Under the pieces are notes generated by a model, which was not told the origin of the DNA, searched no databases, and saw nothing but the letters and a program-made list of their open reading frames with translations. This document shows, piece after piece, positions 52,900-64,000 of a stretch of DNA of 64,000 bases. The DNA is from Octopus sinensis (lineage: Eukaryota): NCBI RefSeq assembly GCF_006345805.1, contig NC_042998.1, positions 183,706,001 to 183,770,000 on the forward strand, given 5' to 3'. Each line of letters opens with the position of its first letter. Within the stretch, counting starts at the first letter, position 1. The translations under genes were made by a program, and so were the position numbers.

Positions 52900-53430
52900 T
52901 AAGAATCATGTTACAATACTTTGGCGTTCGTGCATCAGCAGCTCAGCTGGTTTATGAATTAGACCAGAGGCATTGTTGTTTTTTAATGTCTTCATTGCTC
53001 TGTTTATTTCCCTGTTTCCTTTCTCCAAATCCAATGTGGCTGATGTGATTGATTCATCTTCAAAGTTAAACATTGCTGTTGGAGATAGTTGATTCAGTAT
53101 TTTTTGAAAGTGTTCTTCCCAGCGGATATTCTGTTTTTCAGCTGTCAGGGACACTTTCCTGTTCATCATATTTTTCATTTTGGCGTGTTATATTTTCTAC
53201 TTCTTTATCTCCAAACCACGCTTTTTTTTTTACCTTTTCTGCAGCTACTCTTTACCTTGCGATCCAATATGTTCAGTCTTCCTCTGTGGTTGTTTTATCT
53301 CACTGCTTCAACTTCCTTTCCTGCTCTTAACATACGCCTGTAGGCCGGAGAAAGACAGCTGCGAGATTGTATTTGTTTTGGTGGTCAGGGTGACCCTGAA
53401 CCTTTTGTGTTCCTTGATTGGCTCCAATTA
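52900..53430 (-). pseudogene. RTE-clade LINE fragment (endonuclease-RT linker)
   Basis: RWEEHFQKILN..EINRAMKTLKNNNASG..PAELL. Confidence 0.75.
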
Positions 53431-53474
53431 GAAGTCCTCCTGAGTCAGAAGAACTGTATCATCAATACTTATAC

Positions 53475-53698
53475 CTATTTCTGTACTACCCACAAGGGGC
53501 TAAACACAGAGAGGGCAGACAAACGGATTAAGTCAATTACATCGACCCCAGTGCGTAACTGTTACTTAATTTATCGACCCCGAAAGGATGAAAAGCAAAG
53601 TCTACCTCGGCGGAATTTGAACTCAGAACGTAGCGGCAGACGGAATACCGCCAAGCATTTCGCCCGACGTGCTAACGACTCTGCCAGCTCGCCGCCTT
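53475..53698 (-). mobile_element. SINE family B with TSD
   Basis: TSD ATCAATACTTATACC. Confidence 0.85.
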
Positions 53699-53945
53699 CA
53701 TCAATACTTATACCATGTTATACTATGTTAATTTCTAAAAACCTCATTCGATTTTTTCTTCATTTTTTTTTTGTGTACTCCACCGATTTTCTCTAACCTG
53801 TCTTTGTGCTGTCCCCGTTATTCGACGCGACTATGGCAAATAAAATTATTATTATTATTATCATCATCATATTCATCCTCATCATGCATACAAACATATG
53901 TGTACGTGTATATGTGAGTTTATATGTTTGTATGCGCGTGTATGA

Positions 53946-53984
<39 letters not shown>

Positions 53985-54249
53985 TATATACGCAACACAA
54001 AAAACATACAGTAAATTAGTAGAATAAGAACCATATTTGCAAAAGTAAGAAAAAATGTGTTTAATTTCATTTAAACAGATTCGCCAGTCTCTCTCTGTAA
54101 CCAATAAAACTGTCACCATCATCGATGACATTATATAATCAATGAATATAATCAATGAATATGATGGACATTCAATAAATACAGCACAGAAGCAAATTTG
54201 TAAGGCTATAAAAGTTGACTTTTTTCCCTCATAAAGATAACTAAAACTG

Positions 54250-54565
54250 TATCTTTTACTTGTTTCAGTCATTGGACTGCAGCCATGCTGGGGCACAGCC
54301 TTGAAGGCTTTTACTTTAACGAATCGACTTCAGTATTTATTTTTTAAAGTCTAATGGTTTTGCTTTTTTGGGGATCCATTCAGGGAAACGTAAACAAACT
54401 AAAACTGGTTGTCAAGTAGTGGGGAAACAGATTCAAACCCGCGCGCGCGCACACATGAACACACAAATAAGACAGGATTCTTCTAGTTTCCGATTACCAA
54501 ATCCACTCACGAGGATTTGATCGGCTCGGGGCTATAGAAGACATTTGTTCAAGGTGTCATGCAAA
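54250..54565 (-). mobile_element. SINE family A, diverged
   Basis: Tail and body recognisable. Confidence 0.65.
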
Positions 54566-55561
54566 CAATGAATGAAATGAATATGAAATGAAAAAATCGT
54601 TTAAATAAAAGGGCATTATTACAAATGTTGCCTCATAACACCCAGAAAAATGGATACTTTTTAACAAAATTTTTTACAAATACCGCTTAAATGTTATGGC
54701 TTCAAAGTATATAGGGATTTATGGGAAAAAAATTTTGCGAGCGGGTAGAGAGAGGAGTTTCAGAGAATTCACACGATCTGAATTTTTTCCCTCATAACTT
54801 TAAGGAAGATGGGTATCTTTTAATGAAAATTTATACAAATCCCTTTCAAACAGCATAGATTATGATTATAAAGAAACTTGTGGGGAAAATTTTTTCGGGG
54901 ATTTTCCCTATTTGTTTTTAAATCACAGCCTTCGAAATGATAGGGTTGGGGGAGGGGCATTTTATATGAAAATAGTTTTGAAAACTCTTTTTTTTTTACA
55001 CCCTTCCTCCCTCATCATCCCACTCCGGAACAATTTTGGCCAATTTTTTTGCACTTCAAAACCATGAGAAGAGCATTTCCGGTAAAAAAAATGTTAATAT
55101 TTTCAGAGGGAAAAGTGATTTAAGGGCGATTTGGTTGTTGTTTCTAGCACATCTAAAAACAACCCTTCTCGTTTCTTTATCACTCTCGCATATATTAATG
55201 TTTTTCAATATCCACCAGAAAATTTGAGAAATGATTTTTTTGTAATTGTCTCTCTGTTTAGAAATTAAAATATTGGAGAGACTGAGAAAGTAATTGCTGG
55301 CTTTTATCCACAGTGATTTTAAAAAAATTACGAAGATGTACTTGCATAGCAAGCGACTTAATCTGAGGTTGTGTACTGAAACAAAAAAAAAATTGCAGCG
55401 TGGAAGATGTTCGTAAACCATTCAAGAACACACAAATACCGTTAGTTTTACTTCAACATTAGCACGTCATTTCTATCATAATATTTTCGTCGCTTTGAAA
55501 CCGCGACCTGATCACTGACAAAACTTTACAAAGGTGATGCGGCACGAAATTTTGTCAGCGC

Positions 55562-55627
<66 letters not shown>

Positions 55628-56221
55628 TCATTGCCTTTCATTTGTATGTATGTGTATCTATGTGTGCGCGCGAGTGTGTGTTGGTGTGTGTGTGTGTGTA
55701 TGTGTGTGTATCACTGCTGAAATTGTATTTGGAAACTGTGAAGAAGTTTCGAGTACTTGTCGGTAACTTTTCGTTTTTTTTTCCACCTCGTCTTCTAATA
55801 CTAATTACCCAACATTCTAGGCTCTTCTCATAGCTATCCCGCGTTAAAAAATTATGCAGGTGTTTAAAAAAAATTCATTCAATAAATAATGTTTTTACAT
55901 TACGTATACATTAATAGCGAATTAAAACTTAAAAGAGAAAGTTAGAGACTTTGCAAATGAAAATGGAATACTCCGCAGTAAATGCAATGAATATTTAAAT
56001 TTGTGATGAATTGGACGCAGTGAATATTTAAATTTGCGAGAAATTGGAGTTTAAAAAATTCAATAAACTTGAGAAATCGAAGTTATAGGAAATTTCTTAG
56101 AACATGAATTTATAAAAATATTTCCAGACAGTCAACCCTTTAATAATTGCTTTCTTTTAGAACTTTTAGTAATTGTTACATTCCTAATTAATAAGCAGCT
56201 TCCTCCATTATAGTATAGATA

Positions 56222-56990
56222 TACGAAGAGGTACCCAAAAGAAACCGGAATTTTGAAGTATTATTTTATTCAATTAGTTTTACATGTTTACACTTATCGC
56301 CTTTAAAATGTTCTCCATTTGAAGCAAGGTATCGGTCCAGACGCGTTTTCTACTGTTCGAAGCAGTCCTGGAACTCTTGCGAAGTGATGCCTTTTAACAC
56401 CTCCGTCGTTTTGTTTTCTTCACCACTTCCACATTTGCAAATTCCGTAGCACCAGCTTTCGTCACCAGTGATGACCTTCGAAAAAAAGGTCTGGATCAAT
56501 TTCCAACGGTTCTTTCAGTTCACGACACGCATTCATCTGTGACTGCTTTTGATCTTCCGTGAGCAAGCGAGACACAACTTTTGCTGCAACCCTTTTCATT
56601 AGCAATTCCTCGTTCAAAATTCGTTGGCAGGAGCTCCAGGACACACCAGTCCTATCAACAATTTCGTCAACTGTTCGGCCAGGGTCTTCCAAGATCAGTT
56701 CATGAATTTTCATGATGTCTTCATTTGTTCGGGTGGTCAACAGTCGCCCTGAACGAGATTGGTTTTCAAGCGACAAGTGACCATTCCTAAAATGTGAAAA
56801 CCACTCGTAAACTTATGTTTTGCTCATATCAGCGTCCTTGTAAGCTCTTTGAAGCATGATAACTGTTTTGGTTGCTGCTTTCCCCTGCAGAAAATATAAT
56901 TTCAAGAAACAAGCTGTTCCTTCGTTTCAGCCATCACTAAAATCAACGAACAGGGGAGAAGCACTGCAAAACAAAGACGTGTCACGTGGA
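56222..56990 (-). mobile_element. Internally deleted mariner
   Basis: RSGR..RTVDEIV..GVSWSSCQRIL..VSRLLTEDQK, KVITGDESW joined to the C-terminus (FQDCFEQ..NGEHFKGD); TIR TACGAAGAGGTACCC at 56222. Confidence 0.85.
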
Positions 56991-56992
56991 AG

Positions 56993-57370
56993 GGATCTCT
57001 TCAGTTTCGCTCACATATTTTATTATTATTATTTTTTAACTAAACAGTTTCAAACTTCGTATACTGGTGTAATTTCTCACGTTGAACACGGTTTACTTTC
57101 AACATTTTTGACAAAATTTCGTATTTTAGCGGTTATTTCGTGTTAAAGTTGTACTTGGGTAGTTTTAACCAATCAACGACGTATATTCAGCTGAAGAAAG
57201 CTACTGCTTTAATCGAAGAGCAACAACTTCCGGGCCATCTCTACTAAATGTTACTACTCTGTTCTATTTTATTTTTGTTTACTGCATGTATTGCATATTA
57301 CACGCTTTGTTTGTTTTTTTGTATGTTCAGCGTGAGAATTTACACCACTATACAAAGTTTTAGACTGTTT
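56993..57370. mobile_element. Degenerate copy of the Merlin-like MITE
   Basis: GGATCTCTTC..AACTAAACA..AAACTTCGTATACTGGT..AACCAATCAACGACGT. Confidence 0.5.
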
Positions 57371-57374
57371 ATTC

Positions 57375-57572
57375 TTGTATTTGTTTCAGTCATTTGACTT
57401 CGGCCGTGCTGAAGCACCGCCTTTAGTCGAACAAAACGACCCCGGGACTTATTCTTTGTAAGCTTAGTACTTATTCTATTGGTCTCTTTTGCCGAACCGC
57501 TAAATTACGGGGACGTGAACACACCAACATCGGTTGTCAAGCGAAGGTTGGGGGTAAAACACAGACACACAA

Positions 57573-57580
<8 letters not shown>
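57375..57580 (-). mobile_element. SINE family A, 3' half
   Basis: Matches the other family A copies. Confidence 0.8.
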
Positions 57581-57646
<66 letters not shown>

Positions 57647-58431
57647 GTGTCAAATGTTGAAGTTTAACTTCAGAATTGGACATAACCTGTTGTTGAATTC
57701 CTTAAGAATTAAGTCACTCAGAAAGTAGCTGTTAAGCAGTTGAAAACGTCTGAATAGCTAATGGAATAATGGGACATACATATCTATACACAGCTGAAAA
57801 GAGAAAAAGAAAAGATAGCGAGGGTGTCATGAACAGGCGGCTTAGTTCAAGGTCAGTGCATTTTGATTGCTTTGTCATTTCTCACAATTTTGTTTGCATT
57901 TTTCTTTTAGTTCAGTTAACATGTAGAAATTTCTTTTCAAAATAAATAAAATCTCTCTCCGTCTTTCTCACACATACACATAAAGTACGGATTACATTGA
58001 TATGTATACAGAGTGGGTCAGCTATTTGAGAACTATACCTTTTTAAGAGCTACGAGTGGCCCAGACTTTAACTAAATTTTCTCTCTTTCTTCAACCTCAA
58101 CATGTACGCTTTGAATCTAACGCAAATGAAAGGAACTTTGTCCAAGGTCAAAAAATGAACAGGAAGAATCATAGATGACTACACCAACCCCATTGCGTAG
58201 AAGTCCCTACTGCAAAGCATACGAAATTTCTATCATCTGTGATAGTCTTCTGGGTCATGACCAACGAGGTCCACCACGTCATGCCTCCTCAGGTTTTCCC
58301 GCAAGGTCTTCGAAGTCAATGCGGCAACCTACATTGAGATAATTATCTATAGAAAATTTTTTTAATGTATCATATAGATGTAATTTTTGACGCTGAATCT
58401 GAATTTCTTTTCTTTGTTCTTTTCTTTTTTT

Positions 58432-61400
58432 GTAGTTTCAGCTAAGAGCTGCGACCATGTTGGGGCACGGCGGTTTTGCTACGCTCTTGTTACTGAGAGC
58501 CTCCCTTAATATGCAGCATTTGGTGAATGAGGGAGTTTGATGTCGCTACCCTCATTTGCACCTCTTGTCGCGAAGTAGGTTCATCTGGGACTCTCGACAG
58601 GAAGAGGTTCAGTTTTGAATTGAAAATACTTACATCTACTTTGTGTAGGTCCCTCAGGCTCTTTGGGACAATATTAAAAAGCAGTGGGCCTCTGAAACCC
58701 AGGCTATTGCAGTAACTTGTCCTGAAGCGCGATGACATTGCTGGGATCTTTGGTACTGTGCAGTGTCGACCCGTTTTGGCATTAGTTTAGCTTTCAATGC
58801 CAAAATTTGGCACAATTCCTTCCAGGATCTTCCAGATGTATATTACTGCATACCTCTCCCACCTTTGTTCCAGGGAGTAGAGTCTTAGCTGTTTCAGCCT
58901 TTCTCAGTGGCTGAGCTGTTGCAAAGAGACGATCTTCTTTGTGAAGCTTCGCTGGATTGCTTCAAGGTCCGCTATTAATTTTACACTGTTGGGTGACCAT
59001 AGTTGGGAGGAGTAGTCCAGACGGCTGAGGACGAATGTCCTCCAGAGGACGATGATGGTTTCCTTATCTCTGGTCCTGAACATTATCAGGATCTAGCCAG
59101 CCTGTCGTCTGCACTTTGTAGTCATCCTGGTAATGTGCACTTGGAAAGAGGTATCATCACTCATGTCGAAACCCAAGTCCCTCACTGATTTAGGCTCTGG
59201 GATTTTAAACCCCTGTGGACCAGTGTACCCTGTAAGTTTAATATTCACTTTTGGACGCTGGTAGCGCAGGGCTTGGCATTTTTCAGCATTAAACTGCATA
59301 TTATTGTCCCCAGCTCACTTATAAATTGAGTCCAACTCCTGCTGCAGGTGGGCAACACCGCTGGGGTTTTGCATTTTCAGCGAGACTTTAGTATCGTCTG
59401 CGTAGCTAGCAAAGGTGGCTATCCAGGTAGCTGAGGGCATATCTGAGAGGGCCACAATGAAAAGCAGTGGTCCCAAGACAGTGCCCTGTGGAACACCGCT
59501 CACAATTTTTGTTTTCTTTGAGGTGTCTCCACTGGCCACTACAGCCTGACTTTCAGAAAGTCATGTAACCACTCTCCAAGTTTGCTAGCTGTACCAAGAT
59601 CAAGTAGTTTGTGGCATATGATCTCATGATCTACTTTATGAAAAGCTTTTGCAAAGTCAAGTTATACTGCGTCCACCTTTGATTTGTTGAGTAACTGCTT
59701 CAACACCCAGTCATAGTGCTGTAAGAGCTGGGTCAGGCAGCTCCTACCTGGTCGAATACCATGCTGGGTATCACTCAGCAAGTTGTTTTCTTCAAGAGAT
59801 GCGATTAGTTTCCCTCTGACTATCCATTCCATGACTTTGCTGTTGTGTGAAGTCAGAGAGATAGGCCTACAGGTTTTGGCATCTACTCTGCTTCCTCCTT
59901 TATGGATTGGGCGTATTATTCCCTCCTCCAGCTTGCTTGGTTCGTTCACTTGTCTGTGTTCCAACGGAGTAGTAAATACACTTTCGAACTGGTCATTCAG
60001 TACCGCACTAATTCTAGTTGGACTATCTGTGAGAGAGCCATCCTTTTGGAAGAGGGGTCCTATTTTGCAGCGTGCTGGGGCTGTTTCTTTGGCATAATGA
60101 AAGAAGGCCTTTTTATGTTTGACTTGTTTTTTTATAACCCAGGCTTCTTTGTCTGCTCTCTCCCTTGCATAGGATTGTTGCAGGATTTTTTCAATCTCCA
60201 TTGGTGTTGTTTTTAGGCGGGACCTTTCACTACTTTTGGAATGTTGGTTGGAGCGATTTGCAAACTTCGCCCGTTGTCTCATGAGGATCTTCCTCTCCTT
60301 TGGGATCTTGTTCCTTTTTGTGTTGGCCTTGTGCCCTGGAACATATTTCTGGCATATAGTTTGCATAACAGACATGAAATATTCTAGTTTCATGCTAATG
60401 TCTGGTGTGGAGAGACATTTCGGCCAGTCCTGTCTGAGGGTCTCATTTTGGATAGATTTCCAGTCTGCTTTGTTGAAGTTCAGATTGGAGAGATTTTGAG
60501 TGCTTCCTTTAGGTTGTATATCTCTGGCTACTTTTGGTCCATACATAGACAGCTCTATTATGTTGTGATCGGAAACTAATGTCGGCGTCACTTTCACATC
60601 ATGAACGATATCTATATTGTTTGTGAAGCAGAGATCCAAAATGTTATTTGCCCTCGTTTGGTGAGATTGAGCAGGGACTCCATCTGTGCTTGTTTGCAAT
60701 GAGTCATTCCTGAGAGCATGAGACTTTCAGGCCATTTGACATTGGGGAACTTGAAATCACCCATAAGAAATACGCTCGCATGGTGTTCCAGTTTCATGAA
60801 GATTTCTTTTATTCTTGTGAGGCTATCTTCAAACTTGTCTATGTGGTTTGGAGCATCCGGCGGGCGATATATATTGCATATGACTACACTGTATTGTCTT
60901 ATGTATACAGTTAGAGTGTTACATACTGAATCTGAGTATGACAGTAAGACCTGGGGTGTGAGGTCTTCATGGATGCATACAGCAACTCCACCATGGCTCC
61001 TCTCCCTTCTGTCTGATCGTAGTATGGTATATTCTGGTACGTGTACTTCTGCATCCTCTATATCAGGGCTCAGATGAGTTTCCACGAGTGCTACGCATTG
61101 GGCTTGATTGTATGCAGCAAAGTCTCTCAGGAAAAAAAATTTACTTTTGTTGTTGTGATGCAACAGACCCCCAATATTTAGTAAAAATATTGGCGTGACG
61201 ACTGTGCAGGTGTTAGGGGAGGCCATCCCGTGTCTGTTGATTGTGGTGGTCTTGCGCAGTGGTGGGCAAGGTTCCTTGTTTGCGTTTAATGTAGCAGGTC
61301 AGCTGCTACACAATCTTTTGCGCCGTGCACAAAAAGGCTCTTGCTCAGCTGCTGCCTTGGATATAATATCTGAAGAGCGCACTGCATTTGTATGTCTTTT

Positions 61401-61660
61401 TTTTTTTTGGAGGCGATTGGTACCTTTCGTCAGGGAAGTATTTCTCCTTAAGGCCCCTGTAGCTTTGGCGGGATCTCGGTTGAACAAACCGGCAGTTTGT
61501 ACCGTCTTCCCCATGCCAACATTTGCCTCGCAGGTAAAATTTGCAGTTCTTTGAGTTCACTCCAAATTTCTTCTTTCCTCGGTTTCTTATTCCATTGGGC
61601 CTCGATATTTGAGTTTTCGGTGAGTGTGTTAAATTATAAGGCACAAAAAGAAAATGACTC
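58432..61660 (-). mobile_element. Near full-length decayed CR1-group LINE: ORF1 remnant with CCCH-like finger, APE endonuclease, RT, 3' UTR
   Basis: CKFYLRGKCWHGEDGTNCRF; ETHL, RSDR..HGGVA, YRPP, GDF, LDLCF, SDHN; RPISLTS, QHG.RPGRSC, DFAKAF, GVPQGTVLGPLLF, YADDTK, FNAEKC; several frameshifts. Confidence 0.92.
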
Positions 61661-62418
61661 TCCCCAGACACAACAGTATATAATATAAATAATATATAAT
61701 ATATATGCATACATACACACGTGTATGTACATATATATATATATATATATATACACAAATACACACACAGACTCATACATACATACTTACATACATACAT
61801 ACATACATATACACACACATGCGCGTGCGCACACTCAACATTGTCCACTAACTCCATTGAGTATTAAAAGAAAAGAAGAAAGAAAAAGTCCTATTCGTTT
61901 TAAGTCTGTGTTTTCTGATTTCCTTCTTTGTATTATCCTCGCCCTCACCCACCCTTCTCTCCTCCTCTCACACACACACACGCACGCACACACACACGCA
62001 CACACACACACACACACATACACGCACACACTTCATACAATCCTTCGCTTTCCCACCTTCTGTGGTACGTGTGTACATGTGCATGTGTAAACATGTATGT
62101 TTAGTTTGTCCTTATGGGAAGAAAGGAGACATAAGTTTATGAATAATAAATATCACAAATAAAAACATAAAGACCGACCAACATTTCCAACGTTGAAAGC
62201 TAATTTCCATCCATTAAAACGTCAATAAAACCATACTGAAAGTGTGGAACATTATGGGCTAACTACTGACCTAATCTTGACGTTTAAATAAAGTAACAGT
62301 TCCTTGTAGCAGTAGCAGCAGCAGCAGTAGCAGCAGCAGCAGTAGCATCACCATCACCGTCACCATCGCCACTACCAACACCGCCGCCACCACCACTATT
62401 GTGCCTTCAGTGGAAAGG

Positions 62419-62460
<42 letters not shown>

Positions 62461-62463
<3 letters not shown>

Positions 62464-62697
62464 TTTTTTTTTTTTTTTTTTTTTCCTCTCCCCCCCTTTT
62501 TTTTTTTTTTTCCTCTCCCCCCCTTTTTTTTTTTAACCCCCCTTATTTTTGTCCTCTTTCTCTCCTTTTACGATCCCTTTTGATCGAACCTCCCCCTTCC
62601 TTTTTTTTTTTTTTTTTTTTTAATACCTTCAAAAGAAAAGCTCTACCTTGTAATTTGTTCTATCTGTGTGCAGCCCTGTGTGGCTAATAAAGAAACA

Positions 62698-62700
<3 letters not shown>
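62461..62700 (+). mobile_element. Probable LINE 3' UTR (Tx1/L1-like) inserted in (TATC)n
   Basis: Pyrimidine-rich tract, then CTTGTAATTTG..GCTAATAAAGAAAC, with (TATC)n on both sides. Confidence 0.4.
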
Positions 62701-62741
<41 letters not shown>

Positions 62742-62901
62742 ACTGCATCAATCAATCTAGATAGACAGACAGACAGATAGACAGGAGACAAACAGGAGAC
62801 AGACACACAGACAGGCAGACAGACAGATAGACAGACAGACAGACAGATAGATAGATAGATAGATGGATGGATGGATGGATGGATGGATGGATGGATGGAT
62901 G

Positions 62902-62964
<63 letters not shown>

Positions 62965-63065
62965 TCTGAAGAAGGTCAATGTCCAAAACGTTACAATTCA
63001 TCTGGGTGTCGATCTAAGCTCCCAAACTGATACCGTCGTGTATCTTTTATTTTTTGTTCTTTCGT

Positions 63066-63117
<52 letters not shown>

Positions 63118-63429
63118 TTGTGGTTTTAGCTGACGTAAAGGTCATCTGGTATAGATTTACGTTTCTTATCAACTTTCTTTGCCATAAGTAACGAGTACTC
63201 CAGTCCGTACTGGTACCGTTGTCATTTGCGAATCCTGGATCCTGCTGTTATCAGTTCCAAAATCTTTTTACTACAACAGTTTCTTGAGCACCATCCGGGC
63301 AAGGTTTTTGTAAGAAAGGATTGAGCTGTTTATCAGACTACATAGATTAATCCTTTTTGTCAGTCTGGACAGGCATGTCGAAGATGTTTACGGCCGAATC
63401 GTTATGTTCTGCGTTTACTTACTTATTTA

Positions 63430-63730
63430 AGCCCTTTGCTCCTTATGAAGCAAAATGTCCACCGATGACTTATCTCCACTGTTCTCAGCTCTGGGCTGTC
63501 TTCTCAGCTTCCCTCCAAATTGGATTCCTGTTTTTGCTTTTTAGCTCTACGTCAGTATCCCGCCTCCTACTACTTTTTAAGGCACCCTCTCTTCCGCCTT
63601 CCTTGTGGATTCCAAGTCAGGGTCTAACGTATAATGCAGGTTATTGGCTTCCTAAAGATGTGGCCTAACTAGCCCCGCTTGTCATTCAAGATCTGTTCTA
63701 CCACTGGCACCTACGCCCTACCTCCCTTCT
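63430..63730 (-). pseudogene. RTE-clade LINE 3' end
   Basis: LGHIFRKP..TLTWNPQGRRKRG..WREAEKTAQ..QWR matches WLGH.LRK..ALTWNPQGKRKRGRP. Confidence 0.8.
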
Positions 63731-64000
63731 GTCACAGCTCTTCATTTGTTATCTTATTCTGCTCGGTACATGTTGTATCACTTCTTATCTGTTTTGACAT
63801 CGAAGTGTCAGTATATTAATTGTTCAGTCGACGTAGCTAACCGACTCGGTGTCTGTGAATATACTCGAACTTCGCAAGTATTCAGCCACCAGAAATAATG
63901 TGGTCAGTTGACTCACTGGTACTTGATACAGCTGAGCACTGGGTGTTATCTATTTCCTCACACTTCAAAATTGCTGGCCTTGAGCCAAAACACGAAAGGG

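Overview
AT-rich, repeat-dominated eukaryotic DNA. The tRNA-derived SINE families and very dense microsatellites suggest an octopus (coleoid cephalopod) genome; this is an inference from recalled repeat sequences, not from a search. I found no intact host protein-coding gene. Most ORF-track entries are microsatellite or SINE artefacts. Real coding remnants all belong to decayed transposons: a near full-length CR1-type LINE (58.4-61.7 kb), CR1/Jockey-like, RTE, CRE and R4/Dong LINE fragments, a Penelope-like element (PLE), two mariners and two hAT transposases. There are also Helitrons, Merlin-like MITEs and hAT MITEs. A likely housekeeping-type promoter (paired ETS sites plus NRF1) with a candidate first exon lies at about 37.5 kb. 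Most notable: (1) a PLE whose terminal repeat joins a tRNA-derived Pol III promoter, an (AAT)n tract and a minimal hammerhead ribozyme, with free-standing copies that start at the tRNA head; (2) several unrelated hammerhead-bearing modules in (TA)n tracts, some palindromic; (3) a SINE/LINE pair sharing a 3' tail with a compensatory hairpin. SINE families A-D are my own working labels.
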